Notes under the pieces: generated by a model
Database searches by the model: none
Seen by the model: only the letters and a program-made list of their open reading frames with translations
What the model was told of the DNA's origin: nothing
NCBI RefSeq assembly: GCF_001194135.2
Contig: NC_068993.1
Span: 4,288,413-4,347,139 of the forward strand
Length of the DNA: 58,727 nucleotides
Source of the DNA: Octopus bimaculoides
Lineage: Eukaryota
Reading direction: 5' to 3'
Part shown: positions 24,935 through 37,998 of the stretch, piece by piece
Layout of the letters: the number at the start of each line of letters is the position of its first letter
Position numbering within the stretch: position 1 is the first letter of the stretch
Program-made: the position numbers and the translations under genes

Positions 24935-26847
24935 AGAAAGATCTTTTATTGCAACAATGATGCAACCAAGTAAGTGACAAGAACCAAAAATGGTACAAAA
25001 CCATGGGATTTATTCAAACATATTGTCTTATCATTTGATGAGAAATCTTCTTCAAGCCAGTCTTCTAAATCTGTAACAGAAGAACTGCTTCGAGAAAAGA
25101 TTTTGGTTCCAAATTAGTTAGAAATGTTGAAATAGTTATTTGCCCTCCAGCAAATAAACAAATATTTCTATTATTCATATTATAAATCATTTTATTATTA
25201 TAATTAATAATCAGCCTAATTATTGAGGAGACAATTAAGATTTTTCTCATTGTGAAGGTTAGACTCCTGTAATCACCGATTTTAAAGAAACTGAAACGCC
25301 TAAGGTATGTCCACAGTAAGTTTTAAACAATCTTAAGTAATTTTTTGACAGCAACTATAAACTTTGCTTTGCAAATATTTCTTCATTTTTACCATTTTTT
25401 TTTCTTTGTATATATAATGGTTATAAAGATTTGGAAGCAAATAGCTACATAACTCTGGCAAGATGAATTCCCGACAGCATTTAGGTGATTAAGTTTTACA
25501 GAAATAACTCACATGCCGCAAGCTGCAGTAAAACTAAGCATCATGTTCGGTGATAATACAGTTTAAATCAAAATGAGATAAAACAGTACACCGAATGTAT
25601 CTACAATTCTTAAATCTAGTCTGCACAGTTTGTAGATAAGCCTGTGCACCAGATGAGATCTGCTGTGGAGTTTGTCCATTTGAATGGCACAACAAAGCAA
25701 CAGAGCTCATCATATATACAAGGAAACAGATGCTGTGACATTAAGTCTCTCAATTTATCAATGCATGCTTATCTGCATACCTACGCAACCAATGCAAACA
25801 TCATATTTTCTTAAAGCCTTCAAACAAGCAGCTGAGAGATTTCTTTCAAACAGTTGCCAGGCCATGTAGTTTATTCAAACACTCAGTAACACATAACAAT
25901 TCTTGTTGCTGTAGTATCATTTGACTTCTCTGCACCTTCCAAAATAGAGTTTGTTTAAGGATTGATCTAAAATTCCTTTCCTAAAAATTGAATTGTATTC
26001 AATTAAAATTGAATCCAAGATTTAAAGCGACAGTTTACACTATAAACTGTCCTGCTTATATAAGCAAATATATATATATGCAAATACACACACACACACA
26101 TATATGTCTTCTATCTTTTCTCTTTTCAAAAAAATGTTTCTCCCAGCATCCACTATTTTCCTCTTGTTCTGGTCTAATGACCCTCCATGTTTGTTTCCAT
26201 TCGGTTTCCTTGTGTGTCTCCACTGTCATTTTTCTGTTCTCAACTTTCATCCTCCAGAAATCCTGAATTTTATTTTAGAATTTATGGGAGCAACTGCCTT
26301 CAAAGACTCATATTGTCGTTGAATGCTCAAAGTGAGGAGTAGATAGACAGCCGATAACTAATAAAGATAAGTGAGATGTGTGAGTAGACACTTGTTCCAT
26401 TCATACAGAGGAGTTTCATAATATTGCTGGTTGTATAAAAGATATCACATGAACATTAACCCACATATAAAGGATGCAAATAAATATACATATAAATAAA
26501 TATATATGGGTGTGAATACCCATATATACTAGGGTGCCGAAGTTAGAACAGACAGACTAATCATGAGAAAAATCCTATTTTCATATGCAAACTCAAAGAT
26601 ATGCACATATATATTTCTTTTATTATATTATTATATAAAGGTATCTAAATACATGTGTGTGTGAGAGAGAGAGAGAGAGAGAGTATTAATCTTCACACAC
26701 CCTCTGGATGTATAAGAGGTGTTGCAGACTCATGTTGTGACTTCATCATAGATGCAGTTGCATATTTTTTGCAGTAGATTTGCTGCAAATGCTGTGCAAT
26801 GAAAACTTTCTCTTAATAAGTTACCGTTCATATATATAAACATGCCT

Positions 26848-26893
<46 letters not shown>

Positions 26894-28365
26894 NNNNNNN
26901 NNNNNNNNNNNNNNNNNNNNNNNNNNNNNNNNNNNNNNNNNNNNNNNNNNNNNNNNNNNNNNNNNNNNNNNNNNNNNNNNNNNNNNNNNNNNNNNNNNNN
27001 NNNNNNNNNNNNNNNNNNNNNNNNNNNNNNNNNNNNNNNNNNNNNNNNNNNNNNNNNNNNNNNNNNNNNNNNNNNNNNNNNNNNNNNNNNNNNNNNNNNN
27101 NNNNNNNNNNNNNNNNNNNNNNNNNNNNNNNNNNNNNNNNNNNNNNNNNNNNNNNNNNNNNNNNNNNNNNNNNNNNNNNNNNNNNNNNNNNNNNNNNNNN
27201 NNNNNNNNNNNNNNNNNNNNNNNNNNNNNNNNNNNNNNNNNNNNNNNNNNNNNNNNNNNNNNNNNNNNNNNNNNNNNNNNNNNNNNNNNNNNNNNNNNNN
27301 NNNNNNNNNNNNNNNNNNNNNNNNNNNNNNNNNNNNNNNNNNNNNNNNNNNNNNNNNNNNNNNNNNNNNNNNNNNNNNNNNNNNNNNNNNNNNNNNNNNN
27401 NNNNNNNNNNNNNNNNNNNNNNNNNNNNNNNNNNNNNNNNNNNNNNNNNNNNNNNNNNNNNNNNNNNNNNNNNNNNNNNNNNNNNNNNNNNNNNNNNNNN
27501 NNNNNNNNNNNNNNNNNNNNNNNNNNNNNNNNNNNNNNNNNNNNNNNNNNNNNNNNNNNNNNNNNNNNNNNNNNNNNNNNNNNNNNNNNNNNNNNNNNNN
27601 NNNNNNNNNNNNNNNNNNNNNNNNNNNNNNNNNNNNNNNNNNNNNNNNNNNNNNNNNNNNNNNNNNNNNNNNNNNNNNNNNNNNNNNNNNNNNNNNNNNN
27701 NNNNNNNNNNNNNNNNNNNNNNNNNNNNNNNNNNNNNNNNNNNNNNNNNNNNNNNNNNNNNNNNNNNNNNNNNNNNNNNNNNNNNNNNNNNNNNNNNNNN
27801 NNNNNNNNNNNNNNNNNNNNNNNNNTATATATATATGTATATATATAGAGATATATATATATAAATATATGTATATACATATATATATGTATATATATAT
27901 AATATATATACACACACATACACATATATATATATGCATATATTTGGTAACTAGACATACATGGGCTCCACAAAGTGCATTTTCACTTGCCTAAATGAAA
28001 TTTTATTCACTTAAGATATTCAACGAGTAATTAAAAATTTAGTGGGGCTTGATCGTAGTCAAATAAGAAAGGAGTTAAACAAAAACAACAAATTATACAC
28101 ACACACACATATATACGTATGTATATGCGCATTAGCATATAAATATATATGCGTGTGTGTGTGTAACCACATATAGATATATGTGAGTATACATGCCTAC
28201 TTAAAGACAGAGTTCTTCAGAAACTAACACACAAATAAAAAAGTATAGACATCAACACATTGTCTGCATGTGTCTCATTCTTTGCTAATTGTTTCACTTG
28301 TTTTCTAGCTGAGAGTTATTAACTTGAGCAATTCTCCTCATATTCTTCGTGTGCTCACACATGCC

Positions 28366-28446
<81 letters not shown>

Positions 28447-28548
28447 NNNNNNNNNNTGATATATGTGTTTATATGAGTGTCTGTGCGTGTATAGTTGCTT
28501 TTTCCATTTGTCTTCGTGTTTTCTTGTTTTTGTTTTATTTCTCTTAAG

Positions 28549-28618
28549 AATTCCTCAGATGTTGCTGTTATTATGGTATTCAGTGAAGTGAAGAATGAAA
28601 ATGGGGCTATCAAGGCAA
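28549..28618 (+). CDS. Candidate 70-nt internal exon, NSSDVAVIMVFSEVKNENGAIKA
   Basis: Long pyrimidine tract plus AG acceptor. Donor is AA|GTATGT (phase 1), or AAG|GCAAGT at 28614 (phase 0). Only one frame is open. Phase-compatible with 32387-32531. Confidence 0.4.
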
Positions 28619-28780
28619 GTATGTGGGCGCGTAAACCACCAAATGTGTTAAATAGGGCGTTGATAGCAGGCTTACTGTAGTAAAGGCATGCCATTTTATG
28701 TCTTTTGTACAGTGAACATTTGGGGGTTTTGTTTTTTGTAATATTTCACAAAATTCATAAATTTTCCGTTTCTATCCCTG

Positions 28781-28988
28781 TTAACCCTTTAACATTCAGA
28801 TTATTTTGTCAAATGTAATGCTTATTCATTCACATTTTTTAAATTAATCATTCATTATCTCATAGCTTCAAGGTTCTGACGATGTGATCGCTTTTTCAAT
28901 GACATTGTAGGGTAGTCACGAAAGGTCAGATCTAGCTGCTTTGACCAGAAAACAGGTAGAATATTTTAGCCAGATCTGGCCAGTTCAA
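28781..28988 (+). mobile_element. piggyBac-like MITE (left end)
   Basis: Starts TTAA-CCCTTT (TTAA target plus CCCT TIR start). Second copy at 14301-14467. Confidence 0.6.
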
Positions 28989-30695
28989 CCGATTGACTGC
29001 CAAATGTTTTTATTCATACTTTGCAGTTTTGCCAGGTGTCTTAGGTGTTAAAATAATATATGGTATTTAAATTTTCTTGATGTGTGAATTATTTTGGAAA
29101 TTTGAATAAAATTTTCGAGAACGTCTAAATTTATAAAGACAATTCATGTATAGTTCTGCAAATTATATTGATTTGAGAACGGATTGTGCTAAAGAGTCCA
29201 CAGATGCTTTTTACGTAAGTAAAATGTTAATGGCGAAACATGTACACAATTAATTCTTTATTATATATATTTTTCATTTTATCTTCCCCGTTAAGGTTCT
29301 GTATTTGCTGAATTTTTTCTGGAGAACATTATTTTTCTTTGTGGTTGGATCGTTGATGACCTCTTTCTAGCATATTGGATGTCCACTTAGTTGGTCATCT
29401 CTTCTTATACGCATGTAATACAATTTTTCTGAATTTTCAAATTATCTTTATATGCTAGGCCACTTGATTTTAAATTGATGTTAATCAAATTAATATTTAA
29501 TTTATAACCCTCAATATATAAATATTAATTTAAATAATTATGTTCTCTAACCGACAGCATATACTGTAGTGAATTATCCACTGCAGAAATGTTTCCGGAG
29601 TTTAGCGCACCAGAACTGAGACATTTTGAAAAATAACCCCAATGTAATCGGTAGAACTGTACGCATGAGTATGTATGAAAGGACTAGGAAGGGAAATTCA
29701 TAGATTATAAGGAATAAAGAAGAATAAAGATTAAAAGTAGATTGAAGAATACAGACGGGAGAAGTTCATCTTTTGTAAATAATGTACATAATTCTTCATT
29801 GCTTAGATATAGAACTATAAGTGATGTATATGTTTATTATCTCGTCTTATACATGCAAAACAAATAGCAGTTCTTCAGACTACACAAAAACTTTATTTTC
29901 ATGAAAATTCTTCGAGCAACTTTTTATTCTGTTTCTATAATGTTAGTATTACTATGAACAATTGGTATCATTGCTGTGTATGTTTAGTATCTCGTCTTAT
30001 ACATAGAAAACGAATTTACATTCTAAGACTACACAAAAACATTTTCTTAATAAACATTCCACAAACCGTTTTTTCCTGTTCCGTTTCCAACCGTGGCATA
30101 TTTTGCTACATTCCCACGTTTGACCCTGATATCAAATCTCAACAAGAACTAAAATTCAATTGATTAAAAACGAAATGTATAAAAACTTATGCATTAAAAA
30201 AAAAGAAGAAAAGAAAAAAAAGGACAACGATGTAGCAGACAACAATAATAATAAATGAAGAAATAGGAAAATTTTGATATAGCTGACAGCTTTTAGTACT
30301 CAGAGATAAAATGGAGATGTACGAAGAATTTATTTAGATTTATTTATTGTTATAGCTTCTGCTATGCTTGTTCTTCTTTGCTTTCTTTATTGTCACCCTG
30401 CTGGGAAAAACTAAATAATTTATACTTGTCTTCTTTTTTGAAGAAATAATTTTTTAACAATTTCCAATCCCTACAAGCTACACACCACCACCTCCACCAT
30501 GCACCATGACAAGCGCCATCATCAGTACTACAACCACAGCCACCAACATCACTATCAGAATTAGAACCACCACACCACCACAACTACCGTTACCATCACC
30601 AGCATGAAGCACAACTATCTATCAAGAATGAGATATAAAAGACCGAATTTCTGAATGTATAGATGTTCGTTTATATGTGTATATACGAGAGTATG

Positions 30696-30726
<31 letters not shown>

Positions 30727-31007
30727 ATCTGTATGTATGTATGTATGTGTATGAATGTACATAGACAAGATGAGGGAGAGAGACAGAGAGAGACAGTTTG
30801 AAAGGTTAATACATATGTACATACACACCCACTCTCACATACAAGCATTAACAAGGAAGAATAAAATGAGACTCCACAACAGTTGAGTTAAATATCATAT
30901 TTATTACAAGTTGAAACTTAACACATCATTACTTCATGTAACAGCTTCAAATAAGTACGCCTGTACAGCCTCTCAGCTTACCAGCCTTGGTCAAACCATC
31001 CAACCCA

Positions 31008-31175
31008 TGCCGAGCAAATCGATCCCAGGGCTTATTCTTTGTAAGTCTAGTACTTATTTTATTGGTTCATTTTGCTGAACCACTAAGTTATGGGGACATA
31101 AACTCACTAACATTGGTTGTCAAGCAATGTTGGGGGGACAAACACAGACACACAAACATATACACACACACACAC
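31008..31175 (-). mobile_element. SINE family A, 3' half
   Basis: Reverse complement of the 3' body of the 9613 copy. Confidence 0.88.
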
Positions 31176-31259
31176 ATATATATATATATATGGCTGGCCA
31201 CTTACACTTTTTTCTGCAAAATAGGGGTAGCTTATCCTGTTCAGGCTATATTATTGGCA

Positions 31260-31466
31260 TTATCCTGTGTTTGAGAATTGGATCTGTAGTCTTTGAATTA
31301 GCTTTCTCCTTTCTGGTTTTGAGAAGCCTAATTTCTCAAGATTGATATTTAAGCAGTGTGTTACATATCCCATGGCCCCAATAATTACAGGTATAAACAT
31401 GAACTTATAATCCGGATAGAGTAACTGCAGATCTCTCAATAGTTCAGCATAGGTATTCTCTTTCTC
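31260..31466 (-). mobile_element. RLE-type non-LTR retrotransposon C-terminal fragment (R4/Dong/NeSL-like)
   Basis: My translation is EKENTYAELLRDLQLLYPDYKFMFIPVIIGAMGYVTHCLNINLEKLGFSKPERRKLIQRLQIQFSNTG*. It fits the RLE C-terminus EK..Y..L......P(V/I)IIGA.G. Not in the ORF track. Confidence 0.75.
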
Positions 31467-31732
31467 ACATGTTGTGTATGTGTATATACACAGTCACCTA
31501 AATCTTGTAAGCACAAAATTCTGAGCAGTGATATACACAAATTATCTAACTTGGTATAATTATCTTTATTCAATCTATTTAAATATATTGAGTACTTTTT
31601 CAATGGAAAGCTTTTCAAACCAGTGTGAACCCATAATCGCATTACCTGTGTGTGCGTGTATGTCTATGTCTATACAAACATACATACATATACATACATA
31701 CATGCATACATACATACATATATATATGTACA

Positions 31733-31806
<74 letters not shown>

Positions 31807-31877
31807 CATATATACATACATATTGTATGCATACTTGTGTGTGTATGTATGTAGACAAGCAGATGGAGTGGAGTAGT

Positions 31878-31916
<39 letters not shown>

Positions 31917-32226
31917 ATAGATAGACAGATCGACAGACAGATCGACAGACAGATAGATAAATAGATAGATCGATAGATAAAATGGGAGAGTGAGGTAGAT
32001 TGGCAGTCAACACAATAACACACACATTATGCGTGTTATTGTGTGAGTACTTGCATATGTACGTCCATGTTCATCCGTGCGTGTGTGTGTGATTTATTTT
32101 CTTCACAATTTCAGATATTCAAACACAGCTGTATTGGTTTTTTTGATATTTAATTAACGATTTTCTGTGTGTTTGTTTTTGTTCACTTTTTATTTTCCTT
32201 TTATTTCTCTTTATTTATTTATATAG

Positions 32227-32269
32227 AAATATTTGATATCCAACGGCGCCTACAGTCGCATCTATTCAG
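32227..32269 (+). CDS. Candidate 43-nt exon (KYLISNGAYSRIYS-G or (K)IFDIQRRLQSHLF-R)
   Basis: Very long T-rich acceptor tract and donor CAG|GTAGAG. Two frames are open. Confidence 0.25.
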
Positions 32270-32386
32270 GTAGAGTGTCTGATTAAGATCAACTAGAGAC
32301 TTGTCTCAATTCAAGACTTTGTCTAGCTTCATTACCATTCTTTACGATGTTTTTCTATTTGATTCTAAGTGGGTGGTGATCATTAG

Positions 32387-32531
32387 GGGTCAATTACGGT
32401 ACTCTTCGAGATGTAATTAAGGAGACAGGAGTTCAGGATAGAGTACTTGTTACCAACAAGTCAGAAATACATTCAGTTCAACAGGGATTTCACATGCTTC
32501 ATAAAGCTATAGAGTATGCTTTACTGATGAG
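32387..32531 (+). CDS. Candidate 145-nt exon, xVNYGTLRDVIKETGVQDRVLVTNKSEIHSVQQGFHMLHKAIEYALLM(R)
   Basis: 47-codon open frame in unique sequence; all minus-strand frames are closed. The acceptor (gatcattAG) is weak. Donor AG|GTCAGA, or GA|GTATGC further upstream. Confidence 0.4.
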
Positions 32532-32631
32532 GTCAGAATAAGAATAAAGCCTGTCTAATTTCATTTCTGTTTTTGCTTTGTTCAATGATATTGTTTTTCT
32601 GATTGCATCAATCACCATCATCATCATCATC

Positions 32632-32850
32632 ATTAAGATGGCACACTGGCAATATCGTTGGCATGGTGGTCAAATTGTTTAGCAGCATTTTGTCTGAGTT
32701 CACATTCTGCAGAGGTCAACTTTACCTTTCATCCTTTCAGGACTTATAAAATAAGTACCAGCTGAGCTTTGGCAGTGGGGTCAATGTAATCGACTGATCC
32801 CTACTCCCCTGAATCTTCATGCCTCATGCCTATAGTAGAAACGATTATTA
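32632..32850 (+). mobile_element. SINE family B (decayed)
   Basis: agaggtcaactttacctttcatcctttcagg..aaataagtaccag..gggtcaatgtaatcgact. Confidence 0.82.
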
Positions 32851-32854
32851 TTAT

Positions 32855-33240
32855 TTATTCTTTTGTTCTTTTACTTGTTTCAGTCATTTGACTGTGGCCA
32901 TGCTGGAGCACCACCTTTAGTGAAACAAATCGACCCCAGGACTTATTCTTTGTAAGCCTAGTATTTATTCTATTGGTCTCTTTTGCCGAACCACTAAGTT
33001 ACAGAGACGTAAACACACCAGCATCAGTTTTCAAGGGATGTCAGGGAGACAAACACGAACACACAAACATATACACACACACATATACATATACATATAT
33101 ACATACGACTGGCTTTTTTCAGTTTCTATCTACCAAATCCACTCACAAGGCTTTGGTCAGTATGAGACTATAGTAGAAAACACTTGCACAAGGTGCCTCA
33201 CAGTGGGGTTGAACCTGGAACCATGTGGTTGGTAAGCAAG
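32855..33240 (-). mobile_element. SINE family A, full length
   Basis: Reverse complement of 9613-10020, including the internal (CA/TA) run. Confidence 0.92.
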
Positions 33241-33783
33241 GGCTGGCCAAAAAATTACCCTGTGAGACAAAATGCTTAGTGGAATGTGTATGTGTGAGTG
33301 CTTACAGACGACCTATTACCGGTTTCGTTAAAATGTTTTAATTTGGAATTTCTTCCCATGCTATGTAACAAGAGCACGGAGAACCCTATCTCTTCCCAAA
33401 TCACACTTTTGGCAGAATTAAAAGTCAGTAATGGATGTTGATGAAAGATTCTTCAAAATAACTGGAACTGAATTCAAAACTGCTGCTATGTGTATTGCAA
33501 ACCTGCCATCTAAACAATCTAAGTTGTCATCAAGCTCTTATTGTTTAGTTCTTGGTTCCCACAAACCCCTTCTCGTTCCCTTAATAGTAAAAAGTATATC
33601 ACTCCTTGTCTAATTTTACACAGATGTGTCTGTCTCAGGAAGGGTAAAAATAACCAGATAAAGGTTACAGAAAGCAGGTGAGTCATTGTAAATTTTAAAT
33701 TTTGAACCTTAAAAACGTCTTAGGGTAGTGATTTTCAATCAGGGTTCATGAGATCCCCAGCAGTTCATATAAGACTTTGGTGC

Positions 33784-34062
33784 GCCTTCCTTCTTGACTA
33801 TTCGTGGGTCAAAGGGGCATACAACATCAACTATATAACATATGTGGTGCACCTTGTCCACCACCACTAGGTCCGGTCTGTTATACTCAAGCAACTGATC
33901 TGTTTGGATTGGGAAATCCCAGAGGATTCTACTAGTCTCTAACTCTGCTACATTCTGTGGTTTGTGCTCATACCACATCTTGCTTCTCAATAGCCCCCAT
34001 CTTTTGCACAGTTTCCAATATAGCACTTTCACTATCTGGTCATGTCGTCACAACTTGTAGTG
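33784..34062 (-). mobile_element. RLE-type non-LTR retrotransposon fragment (R4/Dong-like restriction-like endonuclease)
   Basis: Translates HYKL*RHDQIVKVLYWKLCKRWG..WYEHKPQNV..ILWDFPIQTD..NRPDLVVVDK..IVDVVCPFDPRIVKKEG. It shows the RHD motif, the PD..D catalytic residues and the KE motif. Confidence 0.92.
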
Positions 34063-34084
34063 GTTTTAGACAAGTATATTATCC

Positions 34085-34102
34085 TCATCATCACCATCAT
34101 CA

Positions 34103-34181
<79 letters not shown>

Positions 34182-34240
34182 CATTATTATTATTATTATT
34201 ATTATTATCAACATTGTTATTGTTATTATTATCATTATTA
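34085..34240. repeat. (ATT)n / (ATC)n microsatellite
   Basis: Directly visible; abuts the RLE LINE fragment. Confidence 0.97.
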
Positions 34241-34705
34241 ATGTACAAAATGATTCAAATAAATATGATTCCAAGATCTAGAAAATGCTAAAATCAGAAT
34301 ATAAAAAAAATATGTAAATATACTTCAAAATTATGCCAAGAATATCAGATTTAAAGAATTATTTTGGTTTATTTATTTATTTAATTATAGTTTTTGTCAA
34401 AGATGGTGAGTGGTGAGTGATAATTCCTCTCATCTTTCCTCTCTTGTACAGAATCAAAAAAGTAAATAGCGGAAGAATTTTTAGAACTAAGTGGATGAAA
34501 ATGGAAGCTCCGACACAGATGAAGAATCTTGTTGAGAAATGTTAATAAATCTGCAAAGATCAGAAGATAACGAATAAATATATTTGATGGGCGAAATACT
34601 GGAAATAACCAATAAAAAAAGTGAAAGAATGGATGGAATTGGTAAAGATGTTGAGATAAATATAGCAACAGCAGTAAATGCAATAACAGCACTATTGTAC
34701 TGCGA

Positions 34706-34925
34706 TGGTGGTGGTGGTGGTAACGATGATGATGAGGGGGAAGGGGAGGTGGGAGAGGAGAAAGAAGAGGGTGGTGCTGGTGGTAACGATGATGATGAGG
34801 GGGAAGAGGAGTTAGGAGAGGAGAAAGAAGATGATGGTGGTGGTAGTGATGGTGGTAACGATGATAGTGAGAGGAGGGGGAAGACGAGGTGGGAGAGGAG
34901 AAAGAAAAAGATGATGGTGGTATGG
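34706..34925. repeat. GA-rich minisatellite, about 3 copies of a ~63-72-bp unit
   Basis: The unit ggtggtaacgatgat..gagg..gaag..gag.t.ggagaggagaaagaa recurs three times. Confidence 0.8.
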
Positions 34926-35924
34926 TGGTGATGGTGGTGGAGATGATGATGACGATGATAATGATGCTGGTGATAGTATGGTGGTGGTAGTGATGATGAT
35001 GATGATGAGGAGGAGGAGGAGGAGGAGGATGCAACTCTAAAATGGTATTCTGTCTTGCTGCAAGAAGAATAATGGTTTTTTTAATATATTTTTATTATTG
35101 ATATTTACGCTATATTTATTTAATAATAATTACGGCTATAAATGGATTGGTTTCATGGCAAAATCTTCAACCATGAAACAACCATAAATAGTTGTTGATT
35201 AAAAAACTGGAGACGTCGACTACCATTGATCACAAACTTCTGTTATACTATTAACAATGACATTGGCCTTGTTACGAATCTGTTGAATAGATTTTCTAAC
35301 AACCTATTTACTATTATGTAATATCTTTTTGTCACCTCAGTCTGGCTTTTATTTTCTCCTCCTTGATGTTTATTTGAAGACGGTGAAGCTGGTGCGCGAG
35401 GTTAAAAGTGTCAGGCTGGATATGTTTTACGTATAATGACTTGCTCTATCAAGTTTATGAGTTCATTAATACCTTTCATTGTCTGACAACCACTCAAAAA
35501 CAAAAATAATTCAATTAATTGTGTTCCTCCTTTATTGTGTCTCGTCAACATCAATCGATATTTATTCCAATAATTTTATTGTGTCAAACTACTATTTTGT
35601 GAATAACAAAATGTTTCGTCATCAAATGGTGTTTTTTTCTTTTTGTTTTTTTTTAATTCGAATTCATACATGTTGAGGCTGAATGTGAAATAAAAATGCC
35701 GAGAGTTCTTTAAATATATTTATTTGTATCGCAGACATCTGAAGAAGTGTCGAAAGTCGAGGTATTCCAAACAAAGCTGTGCTGTATCCAAGACAAAAGA
35801 TACATTGCACTCAAATGACCACCCAATCAGCTATATAATATATAAAGTAATTTGTTAATTAGTCACTACTTTAACGCGGCGAGTTGATGGCGTCATTAAG
35901 CTCTTAAACAAAATTTTTAGTGAC

Positions 35925-36250
35925 ATTTCTGGCTCTTTATATTCCGAGTTCAAATCACTCCAAAGTTAACATTGCAATTTTGCCCTTTGAGGCAGCTAAT
36001 GTAATTAATTTAGCCTTCGTCTCAAAATTTCTGCTAATATCTGTTTCACGTTTTGGCTCAAGGCCCAGAAATTTCGGGGACAGGGGTAAGGCGATTGCAT
36101 CAACCCTAGTAGACAACTGGTACTTATTTTATCGACCCCGAAAGGATAAAGTTAATCTCAACGGAATTTGAACTCGGAATGTAAAGATGGATGAAATGCC
36201 GCTAAGAATTTCGCCCAGCTTCTTAATGATTCTACAACTTGCCACTTTAA
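35925..36250. mobile_element. Two SINE family B fragments in opposite orientations (+ 35925-36030, - 36050-36250)
   Basis: attccgagttcaaatcac..; atcgaccccgaaagga..cggaatttgaactcggaatgtaaag. Confidence 0.75.
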
Positions 36251-37053
36251 TTGTTGCTAATATTAAAACGAATTAATCAGTTTCTGTACTAAGCGGTAAT
36301 TATCTACTTTAAATAACGAGTGGGTATTTTTTTGGCTCAAAACGCTGAATTAAAAAAGTTTTCATGGCGGTTTACTATAAAAAAAAAAAAAAGAACGTAA
36401 CATTGATAAAAAGGACTTAGAATTAACATCCCAGATGCCAATGGTCAAAAGTTTATCATTTAATATATTTATGCTTTGCAGTTAATCCAAACATCTAGGA
36501 ATTTTACTTAGGAAGTTCAACGCTTCGAAAGAAGTGCAAGTAGTTCGTTGGTACTCACATAACTGTGTGTGTGGATAAATAGCTATGAATATGAAATTAT
36601 GACCTATTAACTATCCATAAATATCTTCTTTCTCATCAAAAAGTAACTTTTAAAGCAATTAAAAATCAAAATATTTCATAGAGTAAAAGCAATACAGATA
36701 AAACATTAGGTATTGAAAAGAAAATTGTAAATGTATTGAAATGCTTCCTTCGAAATAAATAAAAAGCCCTGATATTTCGAGTTAAAAACCCATCTTCGCA
36801 AGGCTTTAAAGAATAAGAGAGATATAGAGAAATTCTGTGTCTAATTTGTCAACAAGTCAAAGGAATTCTTGCGTCGAATTCTAATGGTTCTATTTACAAA
36901 CAAAATCTCCACAGAACCTATGTCTCTTTCTCACAGTTTTTTTTTTTAATTGAAAAGAGTTTTTTTTTACTGAAAATATCAAGACTACTTACAATTTAAT
37001 AAAGTGTCATTTCAATATTTCTGTTATTAGGGCGGTGAGCTGGCAGAAACGGT

Positions 37054-37096
<43 letters not shown>

Positions 37097-37190
37097 ACAC
37101 ATTTACATTTATATCTATCGATTTATATATATATGTATATATATATATGTGTGTGTGTGTGTGTATGTATGTATATACATACATATACAT

Positions 37191-37255
<65 letters not shown>

Positions 37256-37907
37256 CAAGAATATTTTAGTCACACTTCCGAAAACAAGATTTAATTAAAG
37301 ATGACAAGTTCTACAACCACAGTAAATCTATTTTCGATCTCGCACTATGAAGTATGTTAAGCTTCCTATTCTATCGCCCATAAGAATTTATATCAATATC
37401 TGAGGGATAAATGAGCAGAGTTTGGCGCAAGTTTGACAAGAGGTTTCTAGATTTGTTTCTGGAAGGCTTTGAGCACAAGATTTCTGCTCTGATAAAGTTG
37501 AAACGAATGGAAACGCCGTTTGGAATCATTCTGCTTTAGTTGCAGAACTAATGCTTCTGGCATACTGAGTTATCTATGGATTTCAACATTTTTCACTGGA
37601 AGATAAACTGCATTTAAATATTCTCAGAATTAATGTTCCATTTGTACTTTAAGCATGTCATTAATTTCTTCCAATGAAACGTTCTTTTAACTGTAGCGTA
37701 GCAGAGATTAATCGACTTAAACTTCTACATTTTATTTAGATTATATTTGATTGGTGTCCTCTATGCTCTCCAGATGCCAAGCTAATTTACATATTCATAC
37801 AAATTCCTTTTCATAAAAAAAATTAATGCGCGTTCATTTTAATAAATTTATTTTTATACATAACACTTATACATGTAAAATACACACATGATATATTTGT
37901 GGATCTA

Positions 37908-37998
<91 letters not shown>

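Noticed and set aside
23200-26335. DAPG (23200), ETPK (about 25300) and LWxxxxSK (about 26280) snippets resembling EF1A G2/G3 regions
   Set aside because: Their order and phases are mutually inconsistent, so these are probably products of flexible eye-matching. I did not use them as support for the GTPase idea.
29290-29430. Minus-strand DDQLSGHP resembling the mariner DDxRSGRP motif
   Set aside because: The motif is too short and the flanking frames are unrecognisable.
32010-32044. 12-bp inverted repeat ACACAATAACAC / GTGTTATTGTGT
   Set aside because: It lies in CA/TG-rich sequence where such stems arise readily.
37411-37540. 43-aa + ORF MSRVWRKFDKRFLDLFLEG..
   Set aside because: No credible splice sites, the antisense frame is also open and there is no homology.
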